DNA from: Opitutales bacterium
GTDB lineage: Bacteria; Verrucomicrobiota; Verrucomicrobiia; Opitutales; UBA9783
Assembly: GCA_046881885.1 (NCBI GenBank)
Contig: JBKSMP010000021.1
Location: 238 to 64,237, forward strand
Direction of reading: 5' to 3'
DNA length: 64,000 nt
Shown: piece after piece, positions 26,596 through 36,548 of the stretch
Position numbering within the stretch: position 1 is the stretch's first letter
Layout of the letters: the number at the start of each line of letters is the position of its first letter
Translations under genes and position numbers: made by a program
Notes under the pieces: generated by a model
Database searches by the model: none
Told to the model about the DNA's origin: nothing
Seen by the model: the letters and a program-made list of their open reading frames with translations, nothing else

Positions 26596-28053
26596 ATGGA
26601 AAAATACGAAGTTGTTATTGGATTAGAGGTACACGTTCAGTTAAAAACACGTACAAAACTATTTACACAAGTGGCGTATCAGTACGGACAAGCTCCAAAT
26701 ACTTTAGTAGATGAAGTCGTTCTAGGTTTGCCTGGAACTTTACCGGTACTCAATAAGGCAGCGATCTTAAAGACGGTCGAAGTCGGCTCTGTGTTTGGCT
26801 GTAAAATCGCCCGTAAATGCAAATGGGATCGTAAAAATTACTTTTATCCCGACGCTCCTAAAAACTACCAAATTTCGCAATATGATCAACCTTTATGCGC
26901 GGGTGGATTTGTCGAAATTGAGTTGGAAGGACCTGCACGCAATATTCAAGGAAAGCATCGTAAAGTCGCTTTAAATCGGATCCATCTAGAAGAAGATGTG
27001 GGGAAGCTGACCCATTTCGCCGACGAAAGCTGGATCGACTACAATCGTGCAGGAACGCCTCTTATTGAGATTGTTTCAGAACCTGACATGCATTCAACCG
27101 CCGAAGTATTTGCCTATTTGAAGTCCTTGGAAATGCATTTGAAGTACATTGGTGCTTCTGACTGCGATATGGAAAAAGGACAGATGCGCTGCGATGCAAA
27201 TATCAGTATTCGTCCTGTAGGCGCAGATTATTTAGGCACTAAGGTAGAATTAAAGAATTTGAATTCCATTTCCGGTGTTTGCAACGGCATCGAACATGAA
27301 ATTAAGCGTCAAATTCTTTGTGTAGAATCTGGAGGCAAAGTAGAGCAAGAAACACGTCGTTGGGATGCTGATAAGGGTACAAGTTATACCATGCGTTCCA
27401 AAGAAGATGCGCATGATTATCGCTATTTTACGGACCCAGATTTGTGTCCTATCGTGTTATCTGAAGAGCTTATCGCAGAACAAGTTGCAAACGTTTCTGA
27501 ACTACCTTTTGCTAAACAAGAACGTTATTTAAAGGAGCTAGAATTGCCCTATACGGTCACTTCTGTACTTTGTCCCGAAAAGAAGCTAAGCGACTTTTTC
27601 GAAGCAGCTTTGGCTGTTTACGACAAAAATCCACTCGCAATTGCGAACTGGATTGCTAATGATTTGCTACGTGAACTTTCTGGCCAGGACCTAAATTCCG
27701 CTTGGCAACAACTTAAATTAACCCCACAAGCCGTTGCAGAACTTGTGCAGTTAATTGACGATAAAGTTTTATCTAAACAAAGTGCTAAGGAAGTTTTCTT
27801 GGAAATGTTCAATACGGGAACATCTCCGAAAGAAATTGTACGTGAAAAGGGTCTGGAAATGCAGGTCGATGTTGAAGCTTTGCGTAAGTTATGCCAAGAA
27901 ACGATCGTCGAATTTCCTAAGCCAGTAGCTGAATTTCGTGCCGGTAAAGAGAAAGCGATTAATGTACTCAAAGGCCAAATGATGCGTAAAACACAAGGGA
28001 AAGCACCGGTAGAACTTATCGATCAATTGCTTCTGGAGTGTTTAAAGCGATAA
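26596..28053 (+). CDS. gatB: Asp/Glu-tRNA amidotransferase subunit B
   Basis: MEKYEVVIGLEVHVQLKT..KLF, RIHLEEDVGK, DYNRAGTPLIEIV. I chose the ATG at 26596 over the track ORF at 26536, which would overlap gatA. Confidence 0.95.
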   Translation: MEKYEVVIGLEVHVQLKTRTKLFTQVAYQYGQAPNTLVDEVVLGLPGTLPVLNKAAILKTVEVGSVFGCKIARKCKWDRKNYFYPDAPKNYQISQYDQPLCAGGFVEIELEGPARNIQGKHRKVALNRIHLEEDVGKLTHFADESWIDYNRAGTPLIEIVSEPDMHSTAEVFAYLKSLEMHLKYIGASDCDMEKGQMRCDANISIRPVGADYLGTKVELKNLNSISGVCNGIEHEIKRQILCVESGGKVEQETRRWDADKGTSYTMRSKEDAHDYRYFTDPDLCPIVLSEELIAEQVANVSELPFAKQERYLKELELPYTVTSVLCPEKKLSDFFEAALAVYDKNPLAIANWIANDLLRELSGQDLNSAWQQLKLTPQAVAELVQLIDDKVLSKQSAKEVFLEMFNTGTSPKEIVREKGLEMQVDVEALRKLCQETIVEFPKPVAEFRAGKEKAINVLKGQMMRKTQGKAPVELIDQLLLECLKR

Positions 28054-28441
28054 GGTAGGTTTGCATACTTTTGGGCAACAAGGGGTGCTTATGTAACTCT
28101 TTTACAGGCACCCATTCAAAAGTAATATGTGCTTGATTGCTTTTTACATCTTCATTTGCGTGCAATGAAGCACAATTAACTCGGTATAAAAACGTATATT
28201 CGTGATGTTTTCGCTCATCCGAATCCGTAAAACGTTCTTCAAAAAAATTTAAAAAAGACCCTACTTCGCAAGAACAATCCAACTCCTCTTGCCATTCGCG
28301 TTGAAGAGCTTCCTGAGCAGTTTCAAAAAATTCCACATGGCCTCCTGGAAGATAGCAGTAATTTTTACCAACAGGACGGCAAACGAGCAAGTATCCATCT
28401 TTTATAAGAACCCCACGTACAATCACTTCAATCGTATTCAT
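28016..28441 (-). CDS. NUDIX hydrolase
   Basis: Nudix box GGHVEFFETAQEALQREWQEELD. There is a 4-nt overlap with the upstream ABC exporter gene. Confidence 0.85.
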   Translation of the reverse strand: MNTIEVIVRGVLIKDGYLLVCRPVGKNYCYLPGGHVEFFETAQEALQREWQEELDCSCEVGSFLNFFEERFTDSDERKHHEYTFLYRVNCASLHANEDVKSNQAHITFEWVPVKELHKHPLLPKSMQTYLIALNTPEAIDR

Positions 28442-30204
28442 GTGTTTAAAAGCTGTTTAGCAACCAATTGCTGATAAAGTTTATTTTCCTCTAAAAGACG
28501 ATTATGCGTCCCCTGCCCCACTAAATTTCCCTGATCAAAAACAAAAATACAGTCCGCATTTTGAATCGTACTGATACGATGCGCAATCGCAATAACGGTC
28601 TTATTTTCTGCAATCTTTTCAATCGCCTTTTTTATACAAAATTCACTTTCAGAATCAAGCGCAGATGTCGCTTCATCCAGAACAAGAATCGGTGCATTTT
28701 TCAGAAAAGCGCGCGCAATTGCCAAACGCTGACGTTGACCGCCTGAAAAACGATTACCATTTTCGCCAATCATCACATCATAGCCACCCGCTTCCATAAT
28801 AAAATCATGTGCATAAGCAAGTTTCGCAGCTTCAATAACTTCGGCATCACTTGCTTCTGGTTTTCCAATTCGCAGGTTATTAAAAATGCTATCATTAAAT
28901 AAAACTGTTGCTTGTGAAACAATAGCAATTTGCTTTCTAAGAGCTTCTAAATCCCATTCTCTTAATTCCACACCATTGCAGCGAATACTACCACTAGAAA
29001 CATCATACAAGCGCGGCAATAGCTTAATAAAGGTCGACTTTCCTGCCCCACTTGGCCCAACTAAAGCACAGAACTGTTTTGACGAAATCTCGAGATTGAT
29101 TGCATTTAAAACATTTTCTTCTGAAGTAGCATATTTAAAGCAAACATTTTCCAATTGAAAGCTTCCATCGCAAGTATTTGTCTTAAAACCCGCTTGTGGA
29201 GATTGAATACTAAGCGGCTGATTCAAAATATCTACAATACGTTCTAAAGCTCCCGTAGTCCGTTGCATAGAACCGATTAAGTTGGTAATCTTCTTAATAG
29301 GATCAAACGCAAAGTACAAAGCCGTTCCCATTGCACTAAAAATTGAAAATGGGATTTTTTTCCAATAAGCATAAATAAAAATAACTGAAATAATGCCTGC
29401 AGAAACGACTTCCATAAGCGGTTGTTGCATCTTTTGCCACATAACCATTAACTCAATACGTTTTGTAAGCTTTTTCATAATGGCTTTTATACGTGCTAGA
29501 GCGCGTTCTTCCATGCAAAAATTACGAATTTCTTGCGCTGCTTGCAAATTTTCTGAAACGCATGCCGTAACCTCTGCTTCTGCTTGCTGCATTAAACGAC
29601 TGTTATTCTTAACACGAGAACGTAATAAACGTACAGGCAAAAAACAAATAGGAATTGCGACAAGAAAAATTCCAAGCAAAGCAGCATCACAATGTTTTAC
29701 CGAAAAATAGATAAGTCCTACAAAAGCCATAATCATCTGCAAAGGCTGCTTAATCGCTTCTGATGCCATTTCCAACAACACATCTTGCACGCTTTTAGGA
29801 TCTGAAACCACACGATGAATAAGATCGCCCGAAGCTTTTTTCTCAAAAAAACTTAAAGGGAGGTACTGTAATTTTTTAAAAATATCAGATCGCAATTCGG
29901 TAAGAACTTCCAAACCGCAACGATTCATCCAAAACGTACTTAAATATCCAAAAAGCCCCCTTACAAAAAATCCTAGAGGCACCATTGCGGCAATAAACAA
30001 AACAGTACTCATATTATAATCTTCAGGATTTTCAAAAATATTTTTAAAAACTTTTTCAAAAATAAGCGGCAATCCAAGACCACTCATAAGACCATAAATA
30101 CCTCCGCAAATAACCGCACAAATAAACAAAAACTTTCGATGCGACAAATAATGGATACAAAGTGACAATAATGAGACTTTTTTCATCTTGATTAATCCAA
30201 TCAA
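28438..30204 (-). CDS. ABC exporter, fused permease/ATPase (MsbA/lipid-export-like)
   Basis: Six-TM N-half; Walker A GPSGAGKST, signature FSGGQRQRLAIARA, Walker B ILVLDEATSALD. Confidence 0.9.
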   Translation of the reverse strand: MIGLIKMKKVSLLSLCIHYLSHRKFLFICAVICGGIYGLMSGLGLPLIFEKVFKNIFENPEDYNMSTVLFIAAMVPLGFFVRGLFGYLSTFWMNRCGLEVLTELRSDIFKKLQYLPLSFFEKKASGDLIHRVVSDPKSVQDVLLEMASEAIKQPLQMIMAFVGLIYFSVKHCDAALLGIFLVAIPICFLPVRLLRSRVKNNSRLMQQAEAEVTACVSENLQAAQEIRNFCMEERALARIKAIMKKLTKRIELMVMWQKMQQPLMEVVSAGIISVIFIYAYWKKIPFSIFSAMGTALYFAFDPIKKITNLIGSMQRTTGALERIVDILNQPLSIQSPQAGFKTNTCDGSFQLENVCFKYATSEENVLNAINLEISSKQFCALVGPSGAGKSTFIKLLPRLYDVSSGSIRCNGVELREWDLEALRKQIAIVSQATVLFNDSIFNNLRIGKPEASDAEVIEAAKLAYAHDFIMEAGGYDVMIGENGNRFSGGQRQRLAIARAFLKNAPILVLDEATSALDSESEFCIKKAIEKIAENKTVIAIAHRISTIQNADCIFVFDQGNLVGQGTHNRLLEENKLYQQLVAKQLLNT

Positions 30205-30253
30205 TTTTAAGATACAATAACAAGATTTTTTAAAAACTTTCGCAGAAATCCAC

Positions 30254-32578
30254 TTATTTGTTTATCAATTCATAAATTTTATTGAGCAAACTTTGCGGCT
30301 CGAACGGCTTTGTAAGCAACGCATTCATACCAATTGCAATCGCTTGATCATAGGTATCTTGTAAGGCACGAGCTGTTAAACCGAGAATTGGAATACCGGC
30401 TTTATCAAGTCCACATTCACCTGAACGAATATGTTGCGTTGCTTCAAAACCATCCATTTCGGGCATATTAATATCCATAATAATGATATCTACGAAATGC
30501 GTTTGCAACCAATCTAGACATTGCACACCATTTTCTGCAATCGTAACATCAAAACCTTTTTTCTCTAAAATTCTTTGAGCTACCTTCTGATTTTCACGAT
30601 TATCTTCTACTAAAAGAACTTTAGCAACGATCTTATTCGTAGTTGAAACAGCCATGGGCACAATGGATTCCACAACTTCTGCCTTAGGTAAAGCTTGTGG
30701 CATTCCCCGTTTTAAACGAATGCTAAAGTAAAAGATAGAACCTTGTTGGGGTTTACTGTATAACTTAAGCTTACCCCCTCCCATCAAATGAATAAGTGAT
30801 TGGGTAATAGATAAACCTAAACCGGTACCTCCTTTATTTTGATAAGCGACTTGTTCAAAAGCTTCAAAAATACGTTCTTGATCTTCTTTTGGAATACCAC
30901 AACCTTGATCTTTCACCGAAACAAACAGCTGATAATCGGATTCAGATATCCAACGTCCCGTCAATCTCAAGAAAATAGTTCCTTCTGCTGTAAACTTTAT
31001 CGCATTACTTAACAAATTCATTAAAATTTGACGTAAACGTTGTGGATCACCAACAAGCCATGATTCTAATTGAGGATGTTGCCATACGGACAAGGTTAAA
31101 TTCTTTTTTTGCAAGGACGGTTGAAATAAGTTACAAACTTCACGAATGCAGCTATCCAAATGGAAATTAATAGGTTCTAAGGTCAATTTATTAGCCTCAA
31201 TTTTAGACAGATCCAACACCTGATTTATCAAATCTAACAAAAGTTGCGTACTCGATGCAATCGTATTTACGTAATCGCTTTGTTCTTCATTGAGAGGGGT
31301 TTCCTTCAATAAATGCGTAAAACCAGAAATTCCGTTAATTGGAGTACGCAATTCGTGACTTATCGTTGCTAAAAAGGCAGTCTTGTCATGCATTGTCTTT
31401 AATGCAGCATCACGTGCCTTAGCCAATTTTTCGGCGTAATTTGCCAAACGTTTTTCGTTCTCTTTTCGTTCGGTAATATCTACTAAACACGAAATATATC
31501 CCTCAAAATGCCCATCCGAAAGAATCCGTGGTACACTTTGACAAAGCATCCAACGTGAATCACCATTTATACCTTTAATTCGACACTCAAAAACAGTTGC
31601 TTTACGCATTTTTTGAGCTTCCAAAAAGGTTTTCTGATAATGACGCGCCGTACTTGGATGAAGGAATTTCAACCAAGACCAATCGGTATAAGAAAGATAC
31701 TTTTGCCCAGTAAATTCACACCAACGTTGATTAAAATAAAAATGAGAATTCGTTTCATTAGTAGTCCACATAAGGATAGGAGCAATATCTACAATCTTTT
31801 GAAACAAATTTTCCGTTTTTTCTTGTGACCGGATCATTTCATTGAGCGTATTGGAAAGATCCCCAATTTCATCTTTATACAAAACGGGAGCCATCGCAAA
31901 AGCATTTCCTAAACGGCGCTTATTCATTTGCCGCTGAATCGCTTGCAAAGGCTTCAAAATCCAATAATTTATCTGCGCAACACTTACAACAATAAGGGCA
32001 ATTAAAATAAATAAAGAGAAGATAAATACTATAAAATTCTGTTGTAGAAGTTCTTTTTGCCAAGAATAAGTACTAATTTGCATAACAATGTAAACCGGAT
32101 CACCTGTAATACACGAATTAGGGGCAACATGAAAGGCCAAGGCATAATTAAACAAAAAACGTTCAGGAAGTAAATCATAAGCATCCTGCTCCTGGGGGAA
32201 ATTAGGCAAGCGAATACCCTCTGGTAAATTACGATGTTGCCAAGGTTTGTTCTTTAAAGCATTTCGATTACAAGCTAAAACTCTTAAAGGCGTCCCACCT
32301 AAAACGGCAACAAAACGAATGTGTTGTTCACTGGCAAAAGCATATACAATTCGTTGTAGCTCATAAGGATAATGTACAATTTGAACGCATGTTCCCAAAG
32401 AATGCGCTAATTGTTGCCCACGTGTAATCGCACTATTCAACAAATGCTTAGAATAAAAATATCTTGAAAAAAGGATAATTCCAGCCACACAAAAAAACGC
32501 ACAAACAATTAATGGAAATAAAATTTTTACCTTTAATGGACCCGTTTTAAAATTCTTAAAAAATCCAAAATTCATCAT
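30254..32578 (-). CDS. Hybrid sensor histidine kinase/response regulator (2 TM, periplasmic domain, HAMP, PAS, HisKA, HATPase, REC)
   Basis: H-box ISHELRTPINGI, N-box LLSNAIKFT, G-boxes DQGCGIP and GTGLGLSI. The receiver has VLLVEDN, IIIMDINMPEMDG and LTKPF. Confidence 0.9.
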   Translation of the reverse strand: MMNFGFFKNFKTGPLKVKILFPLIVCAFFCVAGIILFSRYFYSKHLLNSAITRGQQLAHSLGTCVQIVHYPYELQRIVYAFASEQHIRFVAVLGGTPLRVLACNRNALKNKPWQHRNLPEGIRLPNFPQEQDAYDLLPERFLFNYALAFHVAPNSCITGDPVYIVMQISTYSWQKELLQQNFIVFIFSLFILIALIVVSVAQINYWILKPLQAIQRQMNKRRLGNAFAMAPVLYKDEIGDLSNTLNEMIRSQEKTENLFQKIVDIAPILMWTTNETNSHFYFNQRWCEFTGQKYLSYTDWSWLKFLHPSTARHYQKTFLEAQKMRKATVFECRIKGINGDSRWMLCQSVPRILSDGHFEGYISCLVDITERKENEKRLANYAEKLAKARDAALKTMHDKTAFLATISHELRTPINGISGFTHLLKETPLNEEQSDYVNTIASSTQLLLDLINQVLDLSKIEANKLTLEPINFHLDSCIREVCNLFQPSLQKKNLTLSVWQHPQLESWLVGDPQRLRQILMNLLSNAIKFTAEGTIFLRLTGRWISESDYQLFVSVKDQGCGIPKEDQERIFEAFEQVAYQNKGGTGLGLSITQSLIHLMGGGKLKLYSKPQQGSIFYFSIRLKRGMPQALPKAEVVESIVPMAVSTTNKIVAKVLLVEDNRENQKVAQRILEKKGFDVTIAENGVQCLDWLQTHFVDIIIMDINMPEMDGFEATQHIRSGECGLDKAGIPILGLTARALQDTYDQAIAIGMNALLTKPFEPQSLLNKIYELINK

Positions 32579-33571
32579 CTATTGCTTTAAAGAATTACGA
32601 ATAACCGAAGAATCAAATATCGATTCAAAGGGTGCATTATATTCCAAATGGTTATGCACTAACATTTCTGTTTTTATATTTTCCATCAAATCCAAAACAT
32701 AACGATTGTTACAAATCAATGAAATTTGTTCACTAAGCGGAAGTGCATGTATTGTCCTTAAAGGGGCATAATAATCAGGTAAATTCATAAAATTTACTGG
32801 AGAATGATAATGAGCATATTCACGTTTATAAACAGATAAAATTTCATCCCATTTGCCAATAAATCGACTTAAATGTTTACGAAAAACTCTCAATTTTCCT
32901 TGCTGTATCAACAATACATTAAGCTTCATTTCTCGTGGCCATTCTTCTGTAGAATAAATAGAATGTAAACCGTTCTCTAAAACTTTCAAATCATTAATAA
33001 AGGGCCAATAAGTTACTACACAATCGACTTTTTCAGTTTGTAAAAAAGTTAAATGAGCAGTGGGATCAATAGGAACAATCTCAATATCCTGTAATGTTAA
33101 TCCCTGTGTTTTTAAAGCACGACAAAGTGCATAATTACTGAAAGAATTAATCTCAACCCCTACCCGCTTCCCTTTTAAATCCTTTATCGATTTTATAGTA
33201 GAACGTGCCATTAAATCCCATGAAAATTGTGTTCTATCATAAGACGTAAATAAAATAATTTTGGAATCATAATTACCGCTCTTACATTGCATAACCATCG
33301 CATCTACAAATGGGCAAATCATTGCATCTATTTGCTGCCATTCAAATGCTTGCTGAACATCTTGCAAAGAACCAAATTCAACAAACCTTACTCGCAAACC
33401 CGCTTTTTCAAAATATTTTTGCTCTAAAGCAATTTGTAAATATTCCGATCCTGAATGAGCATTAATCCCTATTTTAAATGCAGGCTTATATTCAACATAC
33501 TGAATAATCCAACAAGCCCCGATGCTTAATGCAAAAAAAATTATCGCAATTAAAAACTCCTTATAGCGCAC
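32579..33571 (-). CDS. Membrane-anchored periplasmic substrate-binding-protein-like protein (NMT1/NitT/TauT-type fold, inferred)
   Basis: N-terminal TM anchor, then an SBP-like pattern (FKIGINAHSGSEYLQIALEQKYFEKAGL.V.FVEFGS..DVQQAF...IDA). Its stop abuts the sensor-kinase start with zero spacing. Confidence 0.65.
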   Translation of the reverse strand: MRYKEFLIAIIFFALSIGACWIIQYVEYKPAFKIGINAHSGSEYLQIALEQKYFEKAGLRVRFVEFGSLQDVQQAFEWQQIDAMICPFVDAMVMQCKSGNYDSKIILFTSYDRTQFSWDLMARSTIKSIKDLKGKRVGVEINSFSNYALCRALKTQGLTLQDIEIVPIDPTAHLTFLQTEKVDCVVTYWPFINDLKVLENGLHSIYSTEEWPREMKLNVLLIQQGKLRVFRKHLSRFIGKWDEILSVYKREYAHYHSPVNFMNLPDYYAPLRTIHALPLSEQISLICNNRYVLDLMENIKTEMLVHNHLEYNAPFESIFDSSVIRNSLKQ

Positions 33572-33769
33572 GTACTCAAAATAAAATTTTCATTCCGCTC
33601 TTGCAAGCAAAATTTATTTGAGGTGCCAGAATCAAGTTTGAAGTGCAAGGTATCAAGAAGGCCGAGGCAGGAGATGCAAAACGTAAGCATTTTCTAAAAA
33701 GATGAAGTTAATTTTTTGGCGGCAATCAGCGAGGTATGCTTGTGTATAATTTGCTTTGGTTTTTTAGGA

Positions 33770-34191
33770 AAATACTGCAAGGTACGGCCTTGAGGGAGTC
33801 AATGGCCGTTGGCCATTTAAAAGTTTTTTGAAACCAATTCCGCATTCCAAAGGGCAATGCGGATGTGCAAAATACACCGTTGCATTCAAGTGATTAGCGA
33901 TGGTTTTATGGTCGGCGAATTCGGTGCCGTTGTTAAGTGTAACGGATTTTACGGCCTGAGGAAATGGTTCAAATGCCGATAAAATAGCATTTCGAACGGT
34001 TTCGGATTTTTGTTAAAGACAAGTTTTGTTGCTAAAAATCGAGTTTTTCGTTCAACTAATGTCACGAGATATCTTTGCCCACGAACAAGCTCGACCGTAT
34101 CGCCTTCCCAATGTCCGAATTCCGCACTTGCAGAAAGTAGAAAAATTTCCTTGCAATCATTTTTAGAATAAAGTACAACTGTTAGGTCCAT
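33770..34191 (-). pseudogene. IS30-family transposase remnant (catalytic-core portion, frameshifted, 5'-truncated)
   Basis: GHWEGDTVELVRGQRYLVTLVERKTRF (track ORF 33949..34191), then in other frames LNNGTEFADHKTIANHLNATVYFAHPH and LNGQRPLTPSRP. These match the IS30 DDE-core order (GHWEGD ... DNG.EFA ... VYFA.P ... LN.RPRK). Stops and frameshifts lie between the blocks. Confidence 0.7.
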
Positions 34192-34224
34192 TTTTAAGAC
34201 AAATTATAAAGTTAATTAAGGATT

Positions 34225-35748
34225 ATGAATACTAAAACAAATGAACCTGAGTTTTCTAAATTGAGAAGAATTTTCTTCCCAATTCATAGTTATGAATTGA
34301 AGAAAGCAATTCCTATGGGAATGATTTTTTTCTTCATTTTATTCAATTATACCTGCTTAAGGAATATTAAAGACTCGCTTATTGTTACGAATACTGGAGC
34401 AGAAGCATTGGCTTATTTGAAGTTGTTTTGCGTAACACCATCCGCAATCATTTTCATGCTCTTGTACGCTAAAGCAAGTAATATTTTGAGTAATGAAAAC
34501 CTATTTTACGCAACTTTATCGCCATTTATTTTATTCTTTGGCTTGTTTGCGTTCGTTATTTACCCAAATCGCGAATGGTTTCATCCAACCGTTGAAACAA
34601 TTACCGCTTTGCAAGCTCAATTCCCAACATTGTATTGGCCTTTAGCCTTATGTGGTGTTTGGAGTTATGCTATTTTCTACGTTTTGGCAGAACTTTGGGG
34701 AAGTGCATTGATTTCCTTGTCTTTCTGGCAGTTTGCTAACCAAATTACACGCGTTTCTGAAGCTAAACGTATGTATGCCTTCTTCGGTTTGATGGCTCAA
34801 ATTTCACTTTTGTTAGCTGGTGTTTTCGGAGACTATTTTTCCAATGTTAAGAATGTTGCAGAAGGTGTTGATCCTTGGCAAATTTCTCTTAATTGGTTGA
34901 TGAGTATCGTTGTTATTTTCGGTATTGCAACCATGGCTATCTACAAATGGATCTACAAAAACGTTTTAACTGATAAGCGTTTCTATGACAAACCAGAATT
35001 GCCAGGTGTTAAAAAAGGTAAGAAAAAAGCAGGTCTTATCCAAAGCTTGAAGACCATCTTCACCTCTCCTTATCTCGGTTTAATTGCTATGTTGATCATC
35101 TGCTATGGTATTAGCGTAAACTTAATCGAAGGTCTTTGGAAAAGCCAATTAAAGTTGCAATATGCAAATGAAAACGATTACAACACCTTTATGAGTCGCT
35201 TTACTATTTGGACCGGCGTTGCTTCTATGGTTATGTTGATCGTTGGTGGAAATGTTTTACGTGTTTGCCGTTGGGTTGTAGCCGCATTAGCAACTCCGCT
35301 TGTATTCCTCATTGGTGGTTTCACATTCTTCTCGTTCATCGTATTCCGTCAAGAATTGGGAGAAATTGTTGCCAACATGGGAACCAATCCAGTTGCTGTT
35401 GCCGTTATCTTGGGTGCCATCATCGTTGTTGCAGCAAAGTCCACAAAATATGCTTTGTTTGACTTAACCAAGGAAATGGCTTACATTCCTCTCGATGAAG
35501 AAATGAAAGTAAAAGGTAAAGCTGTTGTCGACGTTGTTGGTGGACGTCTTGGTAAATCCGGTGGTGCATTTATTCAAGTCGTACTATTCTCTGCAGTCAG
35601 CAGCATTATTGGTATGAAAGCAACTTATTACCAAATCGTACCTTACTTGTTTGCTCTTTTCATTCTTATTTGCATATTATGGATCTTATCTGTAAAGGCT
35701 CTTGGCAAACGTGTTGAAGCAGCCAATGCAGCAGCGAATGAAAAATAA
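34225..35748 (+). CDS. tlc: ADP/ATP (nucleotide) translocase, Tlc/Ntt family
   Basis: 507-aa 12-TM protein with the characteristic N-terminus FSKLRRIFFPIHSYELKKAIPMGMIFFFILFNYTCLRNIKDSLIVT and KYALFDLTKEMAYIPLDEE.K.KGKA.VDVVGGRLGKSGGA. Confidence 0.93.
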   Translation: MNTKTNEPEFSKLRRIFFPIHSYELKKAIPMGMIFFFILFNYTCLRNIKDSLIVTNTGAEALAYLKLFCVTPSAIIFMLLYAKASNILSNENLFYATLSPFILFFGLFAFVIYPNREWFHPTVETITALQAQFPTLYWPLALCGVWSYAIFYVLAELWGSALISLSFWQFANQITRVSEAKRMYAFFGLMAQISLLLAGVFGDYFSNVKNVAEGVDPWQISLNWLMSIVVIFGIATMAIYKWIYKNVLTDKRFYDKPELPGVKKGKKKAGLIQSLKTIFTSPYLGLIAMLIICYGISVNLIEGLWKSQLKLQYANENDYNTFMSRFTIWTGVASMVMLIVGGNVLRVCRWVVAALATPLVFLIGGFTFFSFIVFRQELGEIVANMGTNPVAVAVILGAIIVVAAKSTKYALFDLTKEMAYIPLDEEMKVKGKAVVDVVGGRLGKSGGAFIQVVLFSAVSSIIGMKATYYQIVPYLFALFILICILWILSVKALGKRVEAANAAANEK

Positions 35749-35781
35749 TAACATCTTTTTTAAAGCTATTAAATAATATCA

Positions 35782-35804
35782 AGAAGCTCCGTAAAGGAGC
35801 TTCT
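35782..35804. terminator. Bidirectional intrinsic terminator between tlc and radC
   Basis: Perfect 9-bp stem AGAAGCTCC-GTAAA-GGAGCTTCT in an AT-rich context. Confidence 0.6.
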
Positions 35805-35864
35805 AACATTTTAGATTACAAACAAAAAGCCAAAAATAAAAAAGTTCGCTATATTATAGGGATA

Positions 35865-36548
35865 TTAATCAAGAAAGCCGTCTTGCCGAAACGAATAAAA
35901 GTTATCTTTTGTAATGATGATATGATCCAACAAGCGCAAGGATAATGCATTACCAATATACCGTAAGGTTTGCGTCATCGAAAAATCCGCTTGTGACGGC
36001 TTTGGATCTCCGGAAGGATGATTGTGCGCGATAACAACATTACTGGCTCCACGCAAAAGTGCCGCTTCAATTACTTTACGAGGATAAACCTGTATTTTTG
36101 AAGTAACCCCTTCTTCCATGCGCACAATACCATCACTTAGCAATCGAAAACCACTATCCAAATAAGCAACCTCAAATACTTCATGTTTCAAGCCGCCTAA
36201 GCGTGCCTTCCAAAAATTCACGAGCGCTTCATTATTGTCAAAAATACAAATATCAGCCGTTTGTTGCTGTAAATAATAGGTAGAAAACGCCTTTATTAAT
36301 TGTAGGCAGGTTACAGAAACATCTCCCATCCCTGGAATCTGCACCAATTCCTCTGGTTTTGCATCAAAAACGCAACGTATATTTCCAAAGCGTTTTAACA
36401 GTACTTTTGCTAAAGATTTTACATCTTTTCTTGGAATACACAAAGTAAGAAGTAATTCTAAGACTTCATGTTCTGCGAACCCACGTAAACCATTTTTCTT
36501 AAAACGTTCACGTAAACGGGCCCTATGACCTGCCATATCTTCAGTCAT
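35865..36548 (-). CDS. radC: RadC-family (JAB/MPN) protein
   Basis: HhH region (ELVQIPGMG) and the JAMM motif HNHPSGDPKPSQADFSMT. Confidence 0.9.
   Translation of the reverse strand: MTEDMAGHRARLRERFKKNGLRGFAEHEVLELLLTLCIPRKDVKSLAKVLLKRFGNIRCVFDAKPEELVQIPGMGDVSVTCLQLIKAFSTYYLQQQTADICIFDNNEALVNFWKARLGGLKHEVFEVAYLDSGFRLLSDGIVRMEEGVTSKIQVYPRKVIEAALLRGASNVVIAHNHPSGDPKPSQADFSMTQTLRYIGNALSLRLLDHIIITKDNFYSFRQDGFLD

Noticed and set aside
35208-35462. 84-aa Cys/His/Arg-rich ORF in an alternative plus-strand frame inside tlc. The same applies to the many other 60-130 aa overlapping ORFs in the track, for example 2011..2265, 3271..3621, 8156..8467 and 20227..20631.
   Set aside because: All are nested in or antisense to strongly supported genes, and all lack independent start signals or motifs. 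I treat them as frame noise.
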